DNA of 64,000 nt from Minisyncoccota bacterium (GTDB taxonomy: Bacteria > Patescibacteriota > Minisyncoccia > SW-4-49-11): NCBI GenBank assembly GCA_032117235.1, contig JAULZW010000003.1:2798-66797 (forward strand), read 5' to 3'. Of this stretch, positions 38,537 to 49,452 are shown in pieces. The notes below the pieces were generated by a model, which searched no databases, had not been told where the DNA came from, and worked only from the letters and a program-made list of their open reading frames with translations. How positions within the stretch are numbered: position 1 is the first letter of the stretch; every line of letters begins with the position of its first letter. Made by a program: the position numbers and the translations under genes.

Positions 38537-39205
38537 TTATTCAATATAACAGTATGTTTTTAAGTTTTTATGTGAGTATAAGTATTCTAGTGGCCAGTTT
38601 TGAAATTCAATTACATTTTTTAGATTGTTTTGTAGCTGTGTATACTTCTCTTTGCCTTTGATTAAAATTATAATTTGTTCTGAATTGTATATGTATTCTG
38701 GACTTAAACTTAGTCTATCTCTAGTCGGGTAATTTTCTGGAGCTTGGGTAATAATGGCTTTGTCTAAATTCTGTTTCTGCCAGTACTCTCCTCCTGCAAA
38801 AAGTGAGGCAAAATGACCATCTATGCCCATACCGAGTATAGTGATGCCGAGTTTTGGTGGGAGTTGGGATTTTGTTTTAGCTAATGAATCTTGAATTTGG
38901 TCTGAATATTCAAATCTAATAATTTCTCTAAAACCTACATTATCAAAACTATTGGATATACTTTGCCAATTTGACTCTGGATCAGTTTCGGATACATATC
39001 GCTCATCCACTTGGATTAAGTTAATTTTTGAGAAATCTAAACTTTGCTGAGCTAATTCCTTATAAATCATAAAAGGGGTCGCGCCACCTGATACAGCTAA
39101 ATTAGTCGTACCTATAGACTTAATTTGCTCATATAGACTTTTAGCTATAACTTCAGTGCTAGATTGTATCCAATCTTGTTCTTGAGTAAAAGTGTGTATA
39201 TTCAT
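38537..39205 (-). CDS. pgl: 6-phosphogluconolactonase (NagB/Pgl family)
   Basis: LAVSGGATP...IQVDERYV...ILGMGIDGHFASLF is the 6PGL signature. Confidence 0.65.
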   Translation of the reverse strand: MNIHTFTQEQDWIQSSTEVIAKSLYEQIKSIGTTNLAVSGGATPFMIYKELAQQSLDFSKINLIQVDERYVSETDPESNWQSISNSFDNVGFREIIRFEYSDQIQDSLAKTKSQLPPKLGITILGMGIDGHFASLFAGGEYWQKQNLDKAIITQAPENYPTRDRLSLSPEYIYNSEQIIILIKGKEKYTQLQNNLKNVIEFQNWPLEYLYSHKNLKTYCYIE

Positions 39206-39266
39206 ATTTAATATTATAACACATTCTGAATATGCTATAATATTAAAAAGGAAATATTTATTTTAT

Positions 39267-42200
39267 ATGCAAGAATTTGTTCATCTCAACACTCGTTCTC
39301 ATTACAGTATCTTAGAGGCTATCGGTTCTATTGGTGATATTATTAATAAAGCTCAAGAGTTTGGGTTTAAGGAAATTGCTCTTACTGATGTCAATAATAT
39401 GTTTGGGGCGATTGAATTTTATGAAAAAGCGACTAAAGCAAACCTAAAACCAATTTTGGGTGTCAATTTATCTGTGACTAGTCTAGACGGAGATATTTCT
39501 AAGCCTTATAGTTTAACTTTATTAGCTAAATCTTATCAGGGCTATACTAATTTGATTGAATTAGTATCATTAGTACGGATTAACTCTAATCAACCAGTTT
39601 CTATAGAGAATTTGACCAAATATAGTCAGGATTTAATTTGTTTGTCAGGGAATTATCAGTCTGAAATATCAGATTATCTTTTACATAATCCCAATCTAGT
39701 CCAAAATTGGTTGGATATTTATAGTAAAATTTTTCAAAATAATTTATATTTGGAACTTCTGCCACTCGTGAATACTCCAGATCAAGTTAAAGTCAATAGC
39801 CTTATAATTGATCTGGGTAAAAAACACAGTATACCAATAGTTCTGACAGCTCAGAGTATGTATCTTGAGCCAAATCAAAGGACTGCCCATGATATTATGC
39901 TGGCCATTAAAAATAAAACTAATATTCAAAATCTGGATAGAGTCACTTTTGTGGGAGAGGATTATTCTCTCAAGTCAGTTGATGAAATGCAAAGACTGGC
40001 TAAAGAGCTAAAGATACCAGAAGAAGCCCTAACTAATACTAGTCTAATTGCTGATAAATGTAATGTGGAAATTCCATTATACCAAATTCAGTTACCAAAA
40101 TTTGACGTACCTCCTTTAGAAAATGGAGAAATTTTAGACAATGAAAAATATCTCAAATTTTTATGTGAAAAAGGTATTCAAAAAAGATATGTTTCACAAG
40201 ATAAAAAAGAAATTTTGGAAAGGCTAGACTATGAATTTGGAGTTATTAAAAATGCTGGATATATTGACTATTTTTTAATTGTTTCAGATTTTATTACTTG
40301 GGCAAAAAATAATAATATTTTAGTTGGACCGGGTAGAGGTTCTGCTGCTGGTAGCTTAGTAGCATATCTGCTCGAGATTACAGATATTGACCCTTTAGCC
40401 TATCAATTATTGTTTGAAAGATTTCTTAATCCTGCTCGTGTTTCTATGCCCGATATAGATATTGATTTTCAAGATAATAAAAGAGAATTAGTATTAAATT
40501 ATGTAGCTCAAAAATATGGACAAGATCATGTAGCCCAAATTTGTACCTTTGGAACTATGGCTGCTAAAGCTGCAATTCGAGATACTGGTAGAGCCTTAGG
40601 GTATTCTTATGGTTTATGTGATTCTATTGCTAAATTAATTGAGCAGAAAACTATAGCCAAATCCTTAGCAAATTCTAGAGAATTAAGAGGTCGTTATGAA
40701 CAGGAAGAAAAAGTAACAACCCTTATAAATACCGCCCAACAATTAGAAGGTTCCATCCGGCACACCTCCACTCATGCTTGTGCTGTAGTGATTTCTCCTA
40801 AAAAACTAACACATTATACTCCCTTACAAACCTCTGAGTCGGGAGGAAAAACCTCTATAACTACTCAATACGAAATGCATGCTATTGAAGATTTAGGTTT
40901 ACTTAAAATGGACTTTTTAGGACTATCTAACCTCTCTACTATTGAAACAACCCTTAACTTAATTCAATCTCAAACTGGAACAAACATAGATATTAACAAT
41001 TTAGACACTACCGACAAATTAACCTACAAATTATTCCAAAAAGGTCAAACTACTGGAGTCTTTCAATTTGAGTCCCAAGGTATGAAAAAAGCTCTAATTG
41101 GACTAAAGCCATCTGAATTTAATGACCTAATTGCTATGGTCTCTCTATATAGACCAGGACCTATGGAGCTTATACCAACCTACATTGCTCGTAAACACAA
41201 AAAAGAAGAGGTGACTTATTTACATCCAAATTTAGAATCTATTTTGAAGCCAACTTACGGTATTATGATTTATCAGGAGCAATTGATGCAAGCCTCTCAA
41301 GCCGTGGCTGGATTTTCTTTACCAGAAGCCGATACTTTGAGAAAAGCTGTCGGAAAAAAGATTAAAGAATTGATGGAAGAACAAAAAATTAATATTATTG
41401 AGGGTGCTGTAAAACAAGGTATATCAAGAGAAATAGGAGAAAAACTCTGGGAATTAATCGAACCTTTTGGAGATTATGGATTTAATAAATCTCATGCAGC
41501 TTGTTATGCTATGATAGCTTATCAGACGGCTTATCTCAAAGCTCATTATCCCCTACAATTTATGGTGGCTCTACTCAATAGTGATGCTAAGGATATGACA
41601 AGAATCGCTATTGACATCACAGAGGCAAGACAATTAGGACTTATAATTAAGCCTCCTAGTGTGAATGTTAGCCAAGCTAACTTTACAGGTAGTGATAATA
41701 CTATATTCTATGGGCTTGGAAGTATCAAGAATATGAGTAGTAATTTAGCTGAATATATTGAGCAGGAAAGAAATAAAAATGGACAGTTTCAGTCTCTGGA
41801 GGATTTTATTAACCGAATTCCAGCTAAAGAATTAAATAAAAAGAATCTGGAAGCTCTTGTCAAAGCCGGAGCTTTAGATGAATTTGAGCCTAGACATATT
41901 CTAATTCATAATTTAGATAATATTTTAAGTTTTATAAAAACCTTAGCCAATCAAAATACTGATAATATACCCCAAAACTCTCTATTCGGATCTACTGTAA
42001 TAACAACTCCAAAATTAGAATTAGAGAATATAAAAACAAATCAAACCGAGAACTTAAATCAAATTCTAGAGCTAGAAAATATATATTTAGGGCTTTGGAT
42101 ATCTACTCACCCAATTAATGAATACAAAAACATACTAGAAGAGTTAAAATTACTCAATATAAAAGAAATTAAAGAAGCTAAAAGAAAATCTAATCTAATC

Positions 42201-42791
42201 TTAACTGGAGTAATTAAGGATATTAAGATTATCAATACTAAAAGTGGGGCTAAGATGGCCTTTCTCAATCTAGAAGATATCTCAGATAATATAGAGGTAA
42301 TCATTTTCCCTAGTATATACCGAACTCTTGGGGAGGAACTCAATACAGGAGCTGGTTTTGCAATAAAAGGAAAGAGGCAAGATAAAGACGGAGTGTCTCA
42401 ATTTATAGCCTCAGAGGCCAAAGTTTTAAAAGCTGAAGACATTCAAAAATGGACTACTTCCAAATCTTCAACATCCCTCAGTAATTCTGTAGAGGAGATT
42501 GGTTTTGATACTCCAGAGTATACAGAACAAGATTCTCAAGACAATATCCCCACCACCCAAGACGGAGCTGAAATAGTCGGGATAAACATAATCATACCCC
42601 CATACGCCACACCAGAAGCTTTACAAAAAGTTAAAGATATATTAACTCGTGAAGCTCGTGGCAAATGCCCAGTCTACCTCATCGCCAATTATAATACCCC
42701 AAAAATGCAAGTCAAAGCCACTAATTTCTCAGTCCATTATTCCGATGAATTAGTTGCTAGAATTAGATATATTTTGAATAATCCGGAGTGA
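39267..42791 (+). CDS. dnaE: DNA polymerase III alpha subunit (DnaE-type, PHP plus polymerase core plus OB fold)
   Basis: N-terminal PHP motif FVHLNTRSHYSILEA, polymerase core GRGSAAGSLVAYLLEITDIDP and FERFLNPARVSMPDIDIDF; start chosen at MQEFVHL rather than the track ORF's upstream ATG. Confidence 0.9.
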   Translation: MQEFVHLNTRSHYSILEAIGSIGDIINKAQEFGFKEIALTDVNNMFGAIEFYEKATKANLKPILGVNLSVTSLDGDISKPYSLTLLAKSYQGYTNLIELVSLVRINSNQPVSIENLTKYSQDLICLSGNYQSEISDYLLHNPNLVQNWLDIYSKIFQNNLYLELLPLVNTPDQVKVNSLIIDLGKKHSIPIVLTAQSMYLEPNQRTAHDIMLAIKNKTNIQNLDRVTFVGEDYSLKSVDEMQRLAKELKIPEEALTNTSLIADKCNVEIPLYQIQLPKFDVPPLENGEILDNEKYLKFLCEKGIQKRYVSQDKKEILERLDYEFGVIKNAGYIDYFLIVSDFITWAKNNNILVGPGRGSAAGSLVAYLLEITDIDPLAYQLLFERFLNPARVSMPDIDIDFQDNKRELVLNYVAQKYGQDHVAQICTFGTMAAKAAIRDTGRALGYSYGLCDSIAKLIEQKTIAKSLANSRELRGRYEQEEKVTTLINTAQQLEGSIRHTSTHACAVVISPKKLTHYTPLQTSESGGKTSITTQYEMHAIEDLGLLKMDFLGLSNLSTIETTLNLIQSQTGTNIDINNLDTTDKLTYKLFQKGQTTGVFQFESQGMKKALIGLKPSEFNDLIAMVSLYRPGPMELIPTYIARKHKKEEVTYLHPNLESILKPTYGIMIYQEQLMQASQAVAGFSLPEADTLRKAVGKKIKELMEEQKINIIEGAVKQGISREIGEKLWELIEPFGDYGFNKSHAACYAMIAYQTAYLKAHYPLQFMVALLNSDAKDMTRIAIDITEARQLGLIIKPPSVNVSQANFTGSDNTIFYGLGSIKNMSSNLAEYIEQERNKNGQFQSLEDFINRIPAKELNKKNLEALVKAGALDEFEPRHILIHNLDNILSFIKTLANQNTDNIPQNSLFGSTVITTPKLELENIKTNQTENLNQILELENIYLGLWISTHPINEYKNILEELKLLNIKEIKEAKRKSNLILTGVIKDIKIINTKSGAKMAFLNLEDISDNIEVIIFPSIYRTLGEELNTGAGFAIKGKRQDKDGVSQFIASEAKVLKAEDIQKWTTSKSSTSLSNSVEEIGFDTPEYTEQDSQDNIPTTQDGAEIVGINIIIPPYATPEALQKVKDILTREARGKCPVYLIANYNTPKMQVKATNFSVHYSDELVARIRYILNNPE

Positions 42792-43568
42792 TTACTCCTC
42801 CAACTCAGCTTTACCAGCCTTCAAATCTCTATAATATTGAGAAATTTCTAATAGTTCTGACTCGGTGTAAAATTTTAACTCTGGATAAGATGAGATTAGT
42901 GAGGTGTCTAATATTCCCACAGCTTGGTCTAGAGTTTTGAGTCTATGAGCTACTACAAAAGTAATAGAAGATTGGGATAATTCATCTATCATTTGGGTAA
43001 TTGCTTTTTCACTAATTTCGTCCAGAGATGAGGTTGGCTCATCAATCAAGATTAAACTTGGTTTATAATGTTTAGCTCTTAAATATAATCCAGCAAAATT
43101 CAATCTTTGTCTTTGGCCTCCAGATAAATTTACTCCGCCCTCTCCTATTAAGGTCTCAAGACCCTCTTTATTCTCAAAAAGACTCCATAAACCTACTCGC
43201 CTCAAGACATCAATCAAATACTCATCCTTATTTAAAACCTCATCTTCTTGAATTCCAAAAACTAAATTCTCGCGTAAAGTTCCTCTCAGAGCAGTAGCTG
43301 TTTGCATTTGTACAGCTATGATATTTCGTCGCTCTTTATCCCCCACTTTATATATATTAACTTTATCTACTAAAACTTGACCCTTTTTAGGGTTTAATTG
43401 TCCTCCTAATATAGATAATAATGTAGTTTTACCTGTTCCAGAGGGTCCAATGATTCCATATAATTTATTCTTTTGACTTTGAGCCACTTCTAAAACAAGA
43501 GCATTATTTTGAAATACTTTTGTCTTCTCATAGGAATAATATAATTTTTTTACGTGAATTGAATGCAT
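42792..43568 (-). CDS. ABC transporter ATP-binding protein (exporter-type NBD, stand-alone)
   Basis: Walker A GPSGTGKTT, signature LSGGQRQRL, Walker B ILIDEPTSSLD. Confidence 0.8.
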   Translation of the reverse strand: MHSIHVKKLYYSYEKTKVFQNNALVLEVAQSQKNKLYGIIGPSGTGKTTLLSILGGQLNPKKGQVLVDKVNIYKVGDKERRNIIAVQMQTATALRGTLRENLVFGIQEDEVLNKDEYLIDVLRRVGLWSLFENKEGLETLIGEGGVNLSGGQRQRLNFAGLYLRAKHYKPSLILIDEPTSSLDEISEKAITQMIDELSQSSITFVVAHRLKTLDQAVGILDTSLISSYPELKFYTESELLEISQYYRDLKAGKAELEE

Positions 43569-43577
43569 ATTTTTATC

Positions 43578-44597
43578 TTAAACTGGATAACTAGAATCTC
43601 CATATTCTCGAATATAGGTGTATAGGTTTTTGATTTTTTCTATATTAGAAACTAACCTTTCAACATCTCTACCCGCCAATACAATACTATAAGTTGAGAT
43701 ATACATAGTAATTAAAGCAATTGCTGTAATTACATCTAAGTCTCCTATCTTAACCAGATTTAAAATAAGTAAAGCTATGCCCATAAAGAATATCCCGTAT
43801 AAAACTCTTGGGATAAAAGCTGTTGAGATAAAACTCATCCAAACTGTTGTTTGTACTTCTCCGGTTCTAATATTAGTTTTTTTAATTTTCTTAATATGTT
43901 CTGGAGTAGCAAAGCTAGACCTAATCAGAGCAACTTGTTGCAAACTCTCCACCTCAACTTGAGATTGTATATCTGCTTGATCATTGTCTTTAGGGGTTAC
44001 CTTTTTAGCTATAAAAATCTGGCTTATTGTAGATATAGTTAACATTATTATTAAACTACCAGCAGCTATAATACCTATTGTGAAGTCATAGTATATAAAT
44101 GAGACTAGAATTACACTAATTTGAATTATAAATCGTAGTAAATTAAATGTTAGGATATCAGTGGTGTTTTCATAAGCACCTACGGCTCTATTAATTTTGG
44201 AAATAATTTTACCAGACTCTCTAGTACTGTGGTGAATTGGGTCAACTTTGACAAAGAATATATAAGCTGAATTTGAGACGCTTCCCATAATACCAGCCTC
44301 GGCCAAAACATAGCTTCTCATATGTGTCTGAACTATTATAGATAACATTATAAAAATAATTCCCAAAGATACCACTAAGGTTATGTCCTGAGTTTTAATC
44401 GCATAATTTATAATCAAAGGTAGGGTAGTAAAAAACACCCATACTATAACTTCCGCCATTAAAGAAATTCCCAATCTCACCCAATATCTCTTATAAACAT
44501 TATACCAAGGTAAATTAAAGTCTACTGGATGAATTCTGATATTCCCCACCATTCCAAATAATTTCTCTAGAAAGTTATAGACTTTCAAATTTTGCAT
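43578..44597 (-). CDS. ABC exporter transmembrane-domain protein (stand-alone 6-TM TMD partner of the downstream NBD)
   Basis: 339 aa, 6 TM with exporter-type long helices; 9 nt upstream of the NBD gene. Confidence 0.55.
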   Translation of the reverse strand: MQNLKVYNFLEKLFGMVGNIRIHPVDFNLPWYNVYKRYWVRLGISLMAEVIVWVFFTTLPLIINYAIKTQDITLVVSLGIIFIMLSIIVQTHMRSYVLAEAGIMGSVSNSAYIFFVKVDPIHHSTRESGKIISKINRAVGAYENTTDILTFNLLRFIIQISVILVSFIYYDFTIGIIAAGSLIIMLTISTISQIFIAKKVTPKDNDQADIQSQVEVESLQQVALIRSSFATPEHIKKIKKTNIRTGEVQTTVWMSFISTAFIPRVLYGIFFMGIALLILNLVKIGDLDVITAIALITMYISTYSIVLAGRDVERLVSNIEKIKNLYTYIREYGDSSYPV

Positions 44598-44757
44598 AGC
44601 CTAAAATATATTATATATAAGCCTATTATAAATTATATTTAGATTTTTGTAAAATTTTATTTGCAAAAAATTTAATTTTAGTTTATAATACGATTTAGTC
44701 TTAAATTAGACCTTATTTGTTATTGTTAACTATAAACCCTGCCTTATTTTTTGTTTT

Positions 44758-45780
44758 ATGTCAAGAAATGTTTATATAAGTTCAGTCATTAATCTAACGT
44801 CTAAAATTTTATCCACCAAAGAGAAAAATGATTCTCATAGTTCTTGTGATTCTTATCGTAATATAGAGTGGTCAAAATATTCTCAGACTTATCATAATTT
44901 ACTTTATAGCAATCCTGTATCTGAAGTATTGGGAGTGAAAAATTTTTTACATCTTGATGGAACAAAATATAAGTCAGAATATAAATATAAATTAAATTTA
45001 GATAAAATTCTAAAGGATAGTCTAGTTAAGAGACCTAAGATGATTTGGCTACCTTGTATTGATGAGAGAATACAGTATTTGACCGCTTCTCACCATGCTT
45101 TATCACTTGGAATTCCTGGTTGTGAATGTTTAATGTCAGTTGAGGAAAAATTACAAATGGCAGATAATATAATCGCTGTGTGTGAAGATAATCCAACTAT
45201 TGAGGAAATTGTAGTCTCATCTCACTCCAAATGTGGAGCTGTAGCTCATACTCTAGCTAAAAAAAGTTCTAAGCCAGTTTTGAGTAAAATTTTAGATAAA
45301 TTCCAAAATCAAGATAAAGTCCTAGATTCAGCCAGTGAGCGATATGCTTCTGGCTTTGCTAGTATTCTAACTACTAGACTACAAGAGCAAAATTCTCAAG
45401 TCTCTGTCCGAACCCATCACTTCAATTTTCAAGAATTACATTCCAAACATTTACATCATGCTTTTGGAGCAATTGTAAACTTCAACCCCCTACTCAACGG
45501 AGCTGAATTGGAAGAAAATTTAGAAGTTCCGATGTTTAACATTTATGCCGGTGGGCAAGACGCTAAACAGATTATGCAAAATATAGAATTAGCAATAGAC
45601 ATAGCTTCTAGCTCTGAAGGATTTAGTTGCGAGTATATCAATCAAGACAATCCTTTTATACTGTTGTTCGCTATCACTAAAAAAGATAAGTTATCTATGT
45701 CTAAAATTCAATCTGTATTAACACAAATTAAAGACAAAAATTATCCTTTAGAATTAGTTTATACAATTTTAGAAGGCTAG
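44758..45780 (+). CDS. hypothetical protein with a beta-carbonic-anhydrase-like zinc-site motif pair
   Basis: LPCIDERI (CxDxR) and VVSSHSKCGAV (HxxCG) spaced about 55 aa apart as in beta-class carbonic anhydrases, embedded in a 340-aa protein. Confidence 0.35.
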   Translation: MSRNVYISSVINLTSKILSTKEKNDSHSSCDSYRNIEWSKYSQTYHNLLYSNPVSEVLGVKNFLHLDGTKYKSEYKYKLNLDKILKDSLVKRPKMIWLPCIDERIQYLTASHHALSLGIPGCECLMSVEEKLQMADNIIAVCEDNPTIEEIVVSSHSKCGAVAHTLAKKSSKPVLSKILDKFQNQDKVLDSASERYASGFASILTTRLQEQNSQVSVRTHHFNFQELHSKHLHHAFGAIVNFNPLLNGAELEENLEVPMFNIYAGGQDAKQIMQNIELAIDIASSSEGFSCEYINQDNPFILLFAITKKDKLSMSKIQSVLTQIKDKNYPLELVYTILEG

Positions 45781-46020
45781 AAACTATAGTTTTAAATTTT
45801 ATAAAAATTATCATAGTGTCAAAAAAAGACAAGAGATCTCCTTACAAACTGGGCGAAGTGCCTTCATTTTTCACACATCAATTGCCTATAAAGTAAATTT
45901 ATAGAATAATATAAAATTCACAGCCCATACTGTAGATAGAACATTTCAAATAGTTTAATTCATAATTTTCATATTTCTATGCTAAAATATAATTAGTTAT
46001 AAATTTATAAAATTAAAAAT

Positions 46021-47211
46021 ATGTCTAAATATAAATCAAAAACTAAAAAATATATTATAATATCAATTATTGTACTTATTGTAATAACTTTAGCAATTTT
46101 TCTGATTAACTATACCGCTATACTTAAGACTCCTCAAATTAAAACTGGATCTAAACTAGAAGTAGATAGTAGTACTATTTCCAAAAGCATAGATTATAAA
46201 TACACATCCATAGCTTCCAATCTATATGTGCCTTGGAGTATTGTCTTCCCGACTGAGAATAGTATGTATATTGCTCAGAGATCGGGCGAGATATTATATT
46301 ACAAAAACTCTCAACCTCAACCTAATTTTTATAAATTTTCTGAGATTAGCGCGACCAATGAAGAAGGTTTGATGGGTATGGTTTTGGATCCTGACTATCC
46401 AAATTCTCCTTATATTTATACTTCTCTTGCCTATGAAGAGAATAATCAGATGTTTGTAAAAATAGTAAGATTAACAGATACAAATAATCAAGCTAAAGAG
46501 GTTAAAATACTCCTAGACAAAATTCCAGCTGCCAAATTTCACGCTGGATCCAGACTTAGATTTGGACCAGACAAAAAACTATATGTAACCACTGGAGATG
46601 CCACTAAAAAAGAAATTGCTCAAGATCTTAATTCACTAGGTGGTAAAATTCTAAGGATGAATAAAGATGGGAGTATACCAGAGGATAATCCTTTTAGCAA
46701 TTCTTATATTTATTCTTATGGGCATCGCAATCCTCAGGGTATAGATTTTGATCCTATTTCTGGAGTTTTATTCTCTACCGAGCATGGACCTTCATTATTT
46801 GACGGAGCAGCTGGAGGAGATGAGTTTAATAGAATTTTACCTGGTAAAGACTATGGTTGGCCAAAAGTCTCTCATACCGAGTCTACTCCTGAGGCTATTG
46901 ATCCCCTTCTAGTCTTCACTCCTGCCGTAGCTCCAGCTTCTGGAGTATTTTATACTGGAGATAAATATCCTGAGCTCAAAAATACTTTCTTATTTGGCGG
47001 TCTTAGAGGCGAGGGTATATTTGTAATTTATCTAGATGAATCAAGACAAGAGGTAAAGTCTTATGAGAAATTAACTATAGCCGAAGGTAGGATACGAGAT
47101 ATAGCCGTCTCACCTGATGGATATATTTATTTTTCCACCTCCAATCAAGATGGAAGAGGTAATCCAACCGATAAAAGTGATCAGATTTTCCGAATAGAGC
47201 CAGTGGATTAA
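46021..47211 (+). CDS. membrane-anchored PQQ-type soluble sugar (glucose/sorbosone) dehydrogenase family beta-propeller
   Basis: N-terminal TM helix; EEGLMGMVLDPDY, RLRFGPDKKLYVTTGDA, YSYGHRNPQGIDFDP, GGDEFNRILPGKDYGWP match the GSDH/YliI family. Confidence 0.7.
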   Translation: MSKYKSKTKKYIIISIIVLIVITLAIFLINYTAILKTPQIKTGSKLEVDSSTISKSIDYKYTSIASNLYVPWSIVFPTENSMYIAQRSGEILYYKNSQPQPNFYKFSEISATNEEGLMGMVLDPDYPNSPYIYTSLAYEENNQMFVKIVRLTDTNNQAKEVKILLDKIPAAKFHAGSRLRFGPDKKLYVTTGDATKKEIAQDLNSLGGKILRMNKDGSIPEDNPFSNSYIYSYGHRNPQGIDFDPISGVLFSTEHGPSLFDGAAGGDEFNRILPGKDYGWPKVSHTESTPEAIDPLLVFTPAVAPASGVFYTGDKYPELKNTFLFGGLRGEGIFVIYLDESRQEVKSYEKLTIAEGRIRDIAVSPDGYIYFSTSNQDGRGNPTDKSDQIFRIEPVD

Positions 47212-47213
47212 AA

Positions 47214-47250
47214 GAAAAAAGCCCGAGCCTAGTGGCGCGGGCTTAAGAAA
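47214..47250. terminator. bidirectional GC-hairpin terminator between convergent genes
   Basis: aaaaaagcccg..gcgcgggctt; A-run before, T-run after on the minus strand. Confidence 0.5.
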
Positions 47251-47273
47251 GGAAACTATTTTTTATTAACTAT

Positions 47274-47555
47274 TTACACTGGAATAGCATCAATTAAGTT
47301 TATTCCCTGAGTAGTGATTACTTGAGGTCCTCTACTTTCATCTACAAAAAGTACAGTATACTCTGTGTTTGGTTCAGGTAATGGAGTAGCTGACTGAAAG
47401 ACCACTTTTTTTCCTTCTAACATCGCAGCAAGGTTGTAATGTAGTAATTCTGGTCTTTGATTTAAGATAGACCTTCCTAAAACTTGTATCTCTTCATAAT
47501 TTTTAATATGCAATTTTGAGTATGAGGTGGAAACTAATTGTGTGGTCGATGTCAT
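47274..47555 (-). CDS. hypothetical protein (93 aa)
   Basis: ORF with a strong terminator; no motif. Confidence 0.3.
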   Translation of the reverse strand: MTSTTQLVSTSYSKLHIKNYEEIQVLGRSILNQRPELLHYNLAAMLEGKKVVFQSATPLPEPNTEYTVLFVDESRGPQVITTQGINLIDAIPV

Positions 47556-47654
47556 TGAATGGGCTGAAAAAACCTTAAATACAATACACTAATTCACACA
47601 GTTTGTAAAGTCTTTAATACTTTGTTAAAATATAAATAATTAAAACTACATACT

Positions 47655-47930
47655 ATGACTAAATTAAATTCTACCGAAATTATATCCCAAATCAACTCTA
47701 ATTGGCAATTATCCGAGAATCAAGATTTATTATCTCGTCGTTTTGAACTCAATACTTTTTCAGAGGCTTTAGATTTAGTGAATAAAATTGGAAAAATTGC
47801 AGAAGAACAAGTGCATCACCCAGATATTAATCTTGGTTGGGGTTATGTAGAAGTTTATCTTAGCACTCATGATATTGGAGGTATTTCTGAGAAAGATATT
47901 ATCTTAGCTAAGGCTATTGATAAGTTATAA
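47655..47930 (+). CDS. phhB: pterin-4-alpha-carbinolamine dehydratase
   Basis: 91 aa; LSRRFELNTFSEALDLVNKIGKIAEEQVHHPDINLGWGYVEV, the PCD signature including HHPD. Confidence 0.75.
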   Translation: MTKLNSTEIISQINSNWQLSENQDLLSRRFELNTFSEALDLVNKIGKIAEEQVHHPDINLGWGYVEVYLSTHDIGGISEKDIILAKAIDKL

Positions 47931-48276
47931 AATACTATTATTTTTGCTACTAAGTTTTGTCAAAAGTATATAATTTAGTTTGTTTTAATTATTTTGAAAA
48001 AGATAAACTTAATATAAAGTTATATTGATTAGCTTTAGCTATTAAGATTGAGATTTGAGCATTCATAAATTATCTTAAATCCTGTCAAGTTATACACATA
48101 TTTTCTTATCTATATATATAATCCCTGTAAAACATTATTTGTAAGCCATTTATTGGTGTTTTTATTGACAAATTTTTATAGATAGTATATAATAATTTCG
48201 AATCTAAAATCATTAGACAAGGTTGATTTTGAGTCAAGACTTATGTCTGTTTGTTCCGTTTTGAAGTTCGAATTCC

Positions 48277-49407
48277 TTGTATTTAGTTAAGAATCCTATT
48301 AGTACCGTTGTTTTTAAATTATCCAAAAACCAGGTGACTCGATTCATAAAAAGTGCTACTAAGCACACACAAGATAGAATTAGTTGGATTATTCTTACTG
48401 CTGTGGTAGGTATAGTTGTTTTCAGTAATATGGCCTATGCTGGCAAACTTCCAATTAGCTCTACTCTTATAAATAACAGTAATTTAGGAGGTCCATTAGA
48501 TGCATCTTTAGCTTCTGTAGGAGTTTTACAGGCTAATGGAATTTTGGGCTTGCCTAGTGATGAAAGTTTGAATTCTAATATACCAACTACAGATTCTAAT
48601 ATTATTAATGTAGTTAATGCTCCTCAAGGTTATACGGAACAGGGTTCTAATCCAATAATTAGAGAGTATATTGTACAGGAAGGTGATACCTTAGAAAGTA
48701 TTTCTAAGAAATTTAGTATCTCAATTGAGACTATCGCTATTGCAAATGGATTAAAAGATTTAAAACAAAATCCAGCAGTAAATACTACCCTTGCTATTTT
48801 ACCTAAAGATGGAATTGAAATTGGTATTAATGAATCTCAATCATTAAATCAAATTGCTAATAGATATGGGGTTTCTGAACAAGTTATTAGAGATTATAAT
48901 AATTTGCAAGGAAATATAGCTATGGGTACTAATGTTATTGTTCCTGATGCACAGGTTCCAAATAAAGAGAAACCATTCCCTACTGATCCTGTAGAAGAGC
49001 CTAAACCTAGAATATTACCTAGAAAAACTAATGTAGCTCGAGCTAGTAATTTACCTACCAATGATGGTTACTTTGCTTACCCTACTACTGGTAATAATTA
49101 TGGTAGGATTCACTCTAATAATGGGGTAGATATTAGTAACTCTTGTGGAACTCCTATTTATGCTTCTGCAGATGGTGTAGTTACAACTTCTCAAAATGGT
49201 TGGAATGGTGGTTATGGTAACTATATCAAAATAACTCATCCAAATGGAGTTGTAACACTTTATGCTCACCTTAGTTCTAGAGAATTACAAGCTGGAACTA
49301 ATGTAGCTAAAGGTCAATATATTGGAGCTATGGGAACTACAGGAAACTCTACTGGATGTCATTTACACTTTGAAGTTAGAGGAGCTAGAAACCCTTTAGC
49401 TAGGTAA
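48277..49407 (+). CDS. LysM-domain M23 metallopeptidase (peptidoglycan hydrolase)
   Basis: LysM (EYIVQEGDTLESISKKFSISIETIAIANGL) plus a second LysM-like repeat, C-terminal M23 motifs HSNNGVD ... HLHFEV. Confidence 0.8.
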   Translation: MYLVKNPISTVVFKLSKNQVTRFIKSATKHTQDRISWIILTAVVGIVVFSNMAYAGKLPISSTLINNSNLGGPLDASLASVGVLQANGILGLPSDESLNSNIPTTDSNIINVVNAPQGYTEQGSNPIIREYIVQEGDTLESISKKFSISIETIAIANGLKDLKQNPAVNTTLAILPKDGIEIGINESQSLNQIANRYGVSEQVIRDYNNLQGNIAMGTNVIVPDAQVPNKEKPFPTDPVEEPKPRILPRKTNVARASNLPTNDGYFAYPTTGNNYGRIHSNNGVDISNSCGTPIYASADGVVTTSQNGWNGGYGNYIKITHPNGVVTLYAHLSSRELQAGTNVAKGQYIGAMGTTGNSTGCHLHFEVRGARNPLAR

Positions 49408-49415
49408 ATAAAGTT

Positions 49416-49452
49416 ATAAAAAAGAAGTCTATTATAAACTTCTTTTTTTATT
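49416..49452. terminator. bidirectional rho-independent terminator
   Basis: aaaaagaagt-ctattataa-acttcttttttt. Confidence 0.55.
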
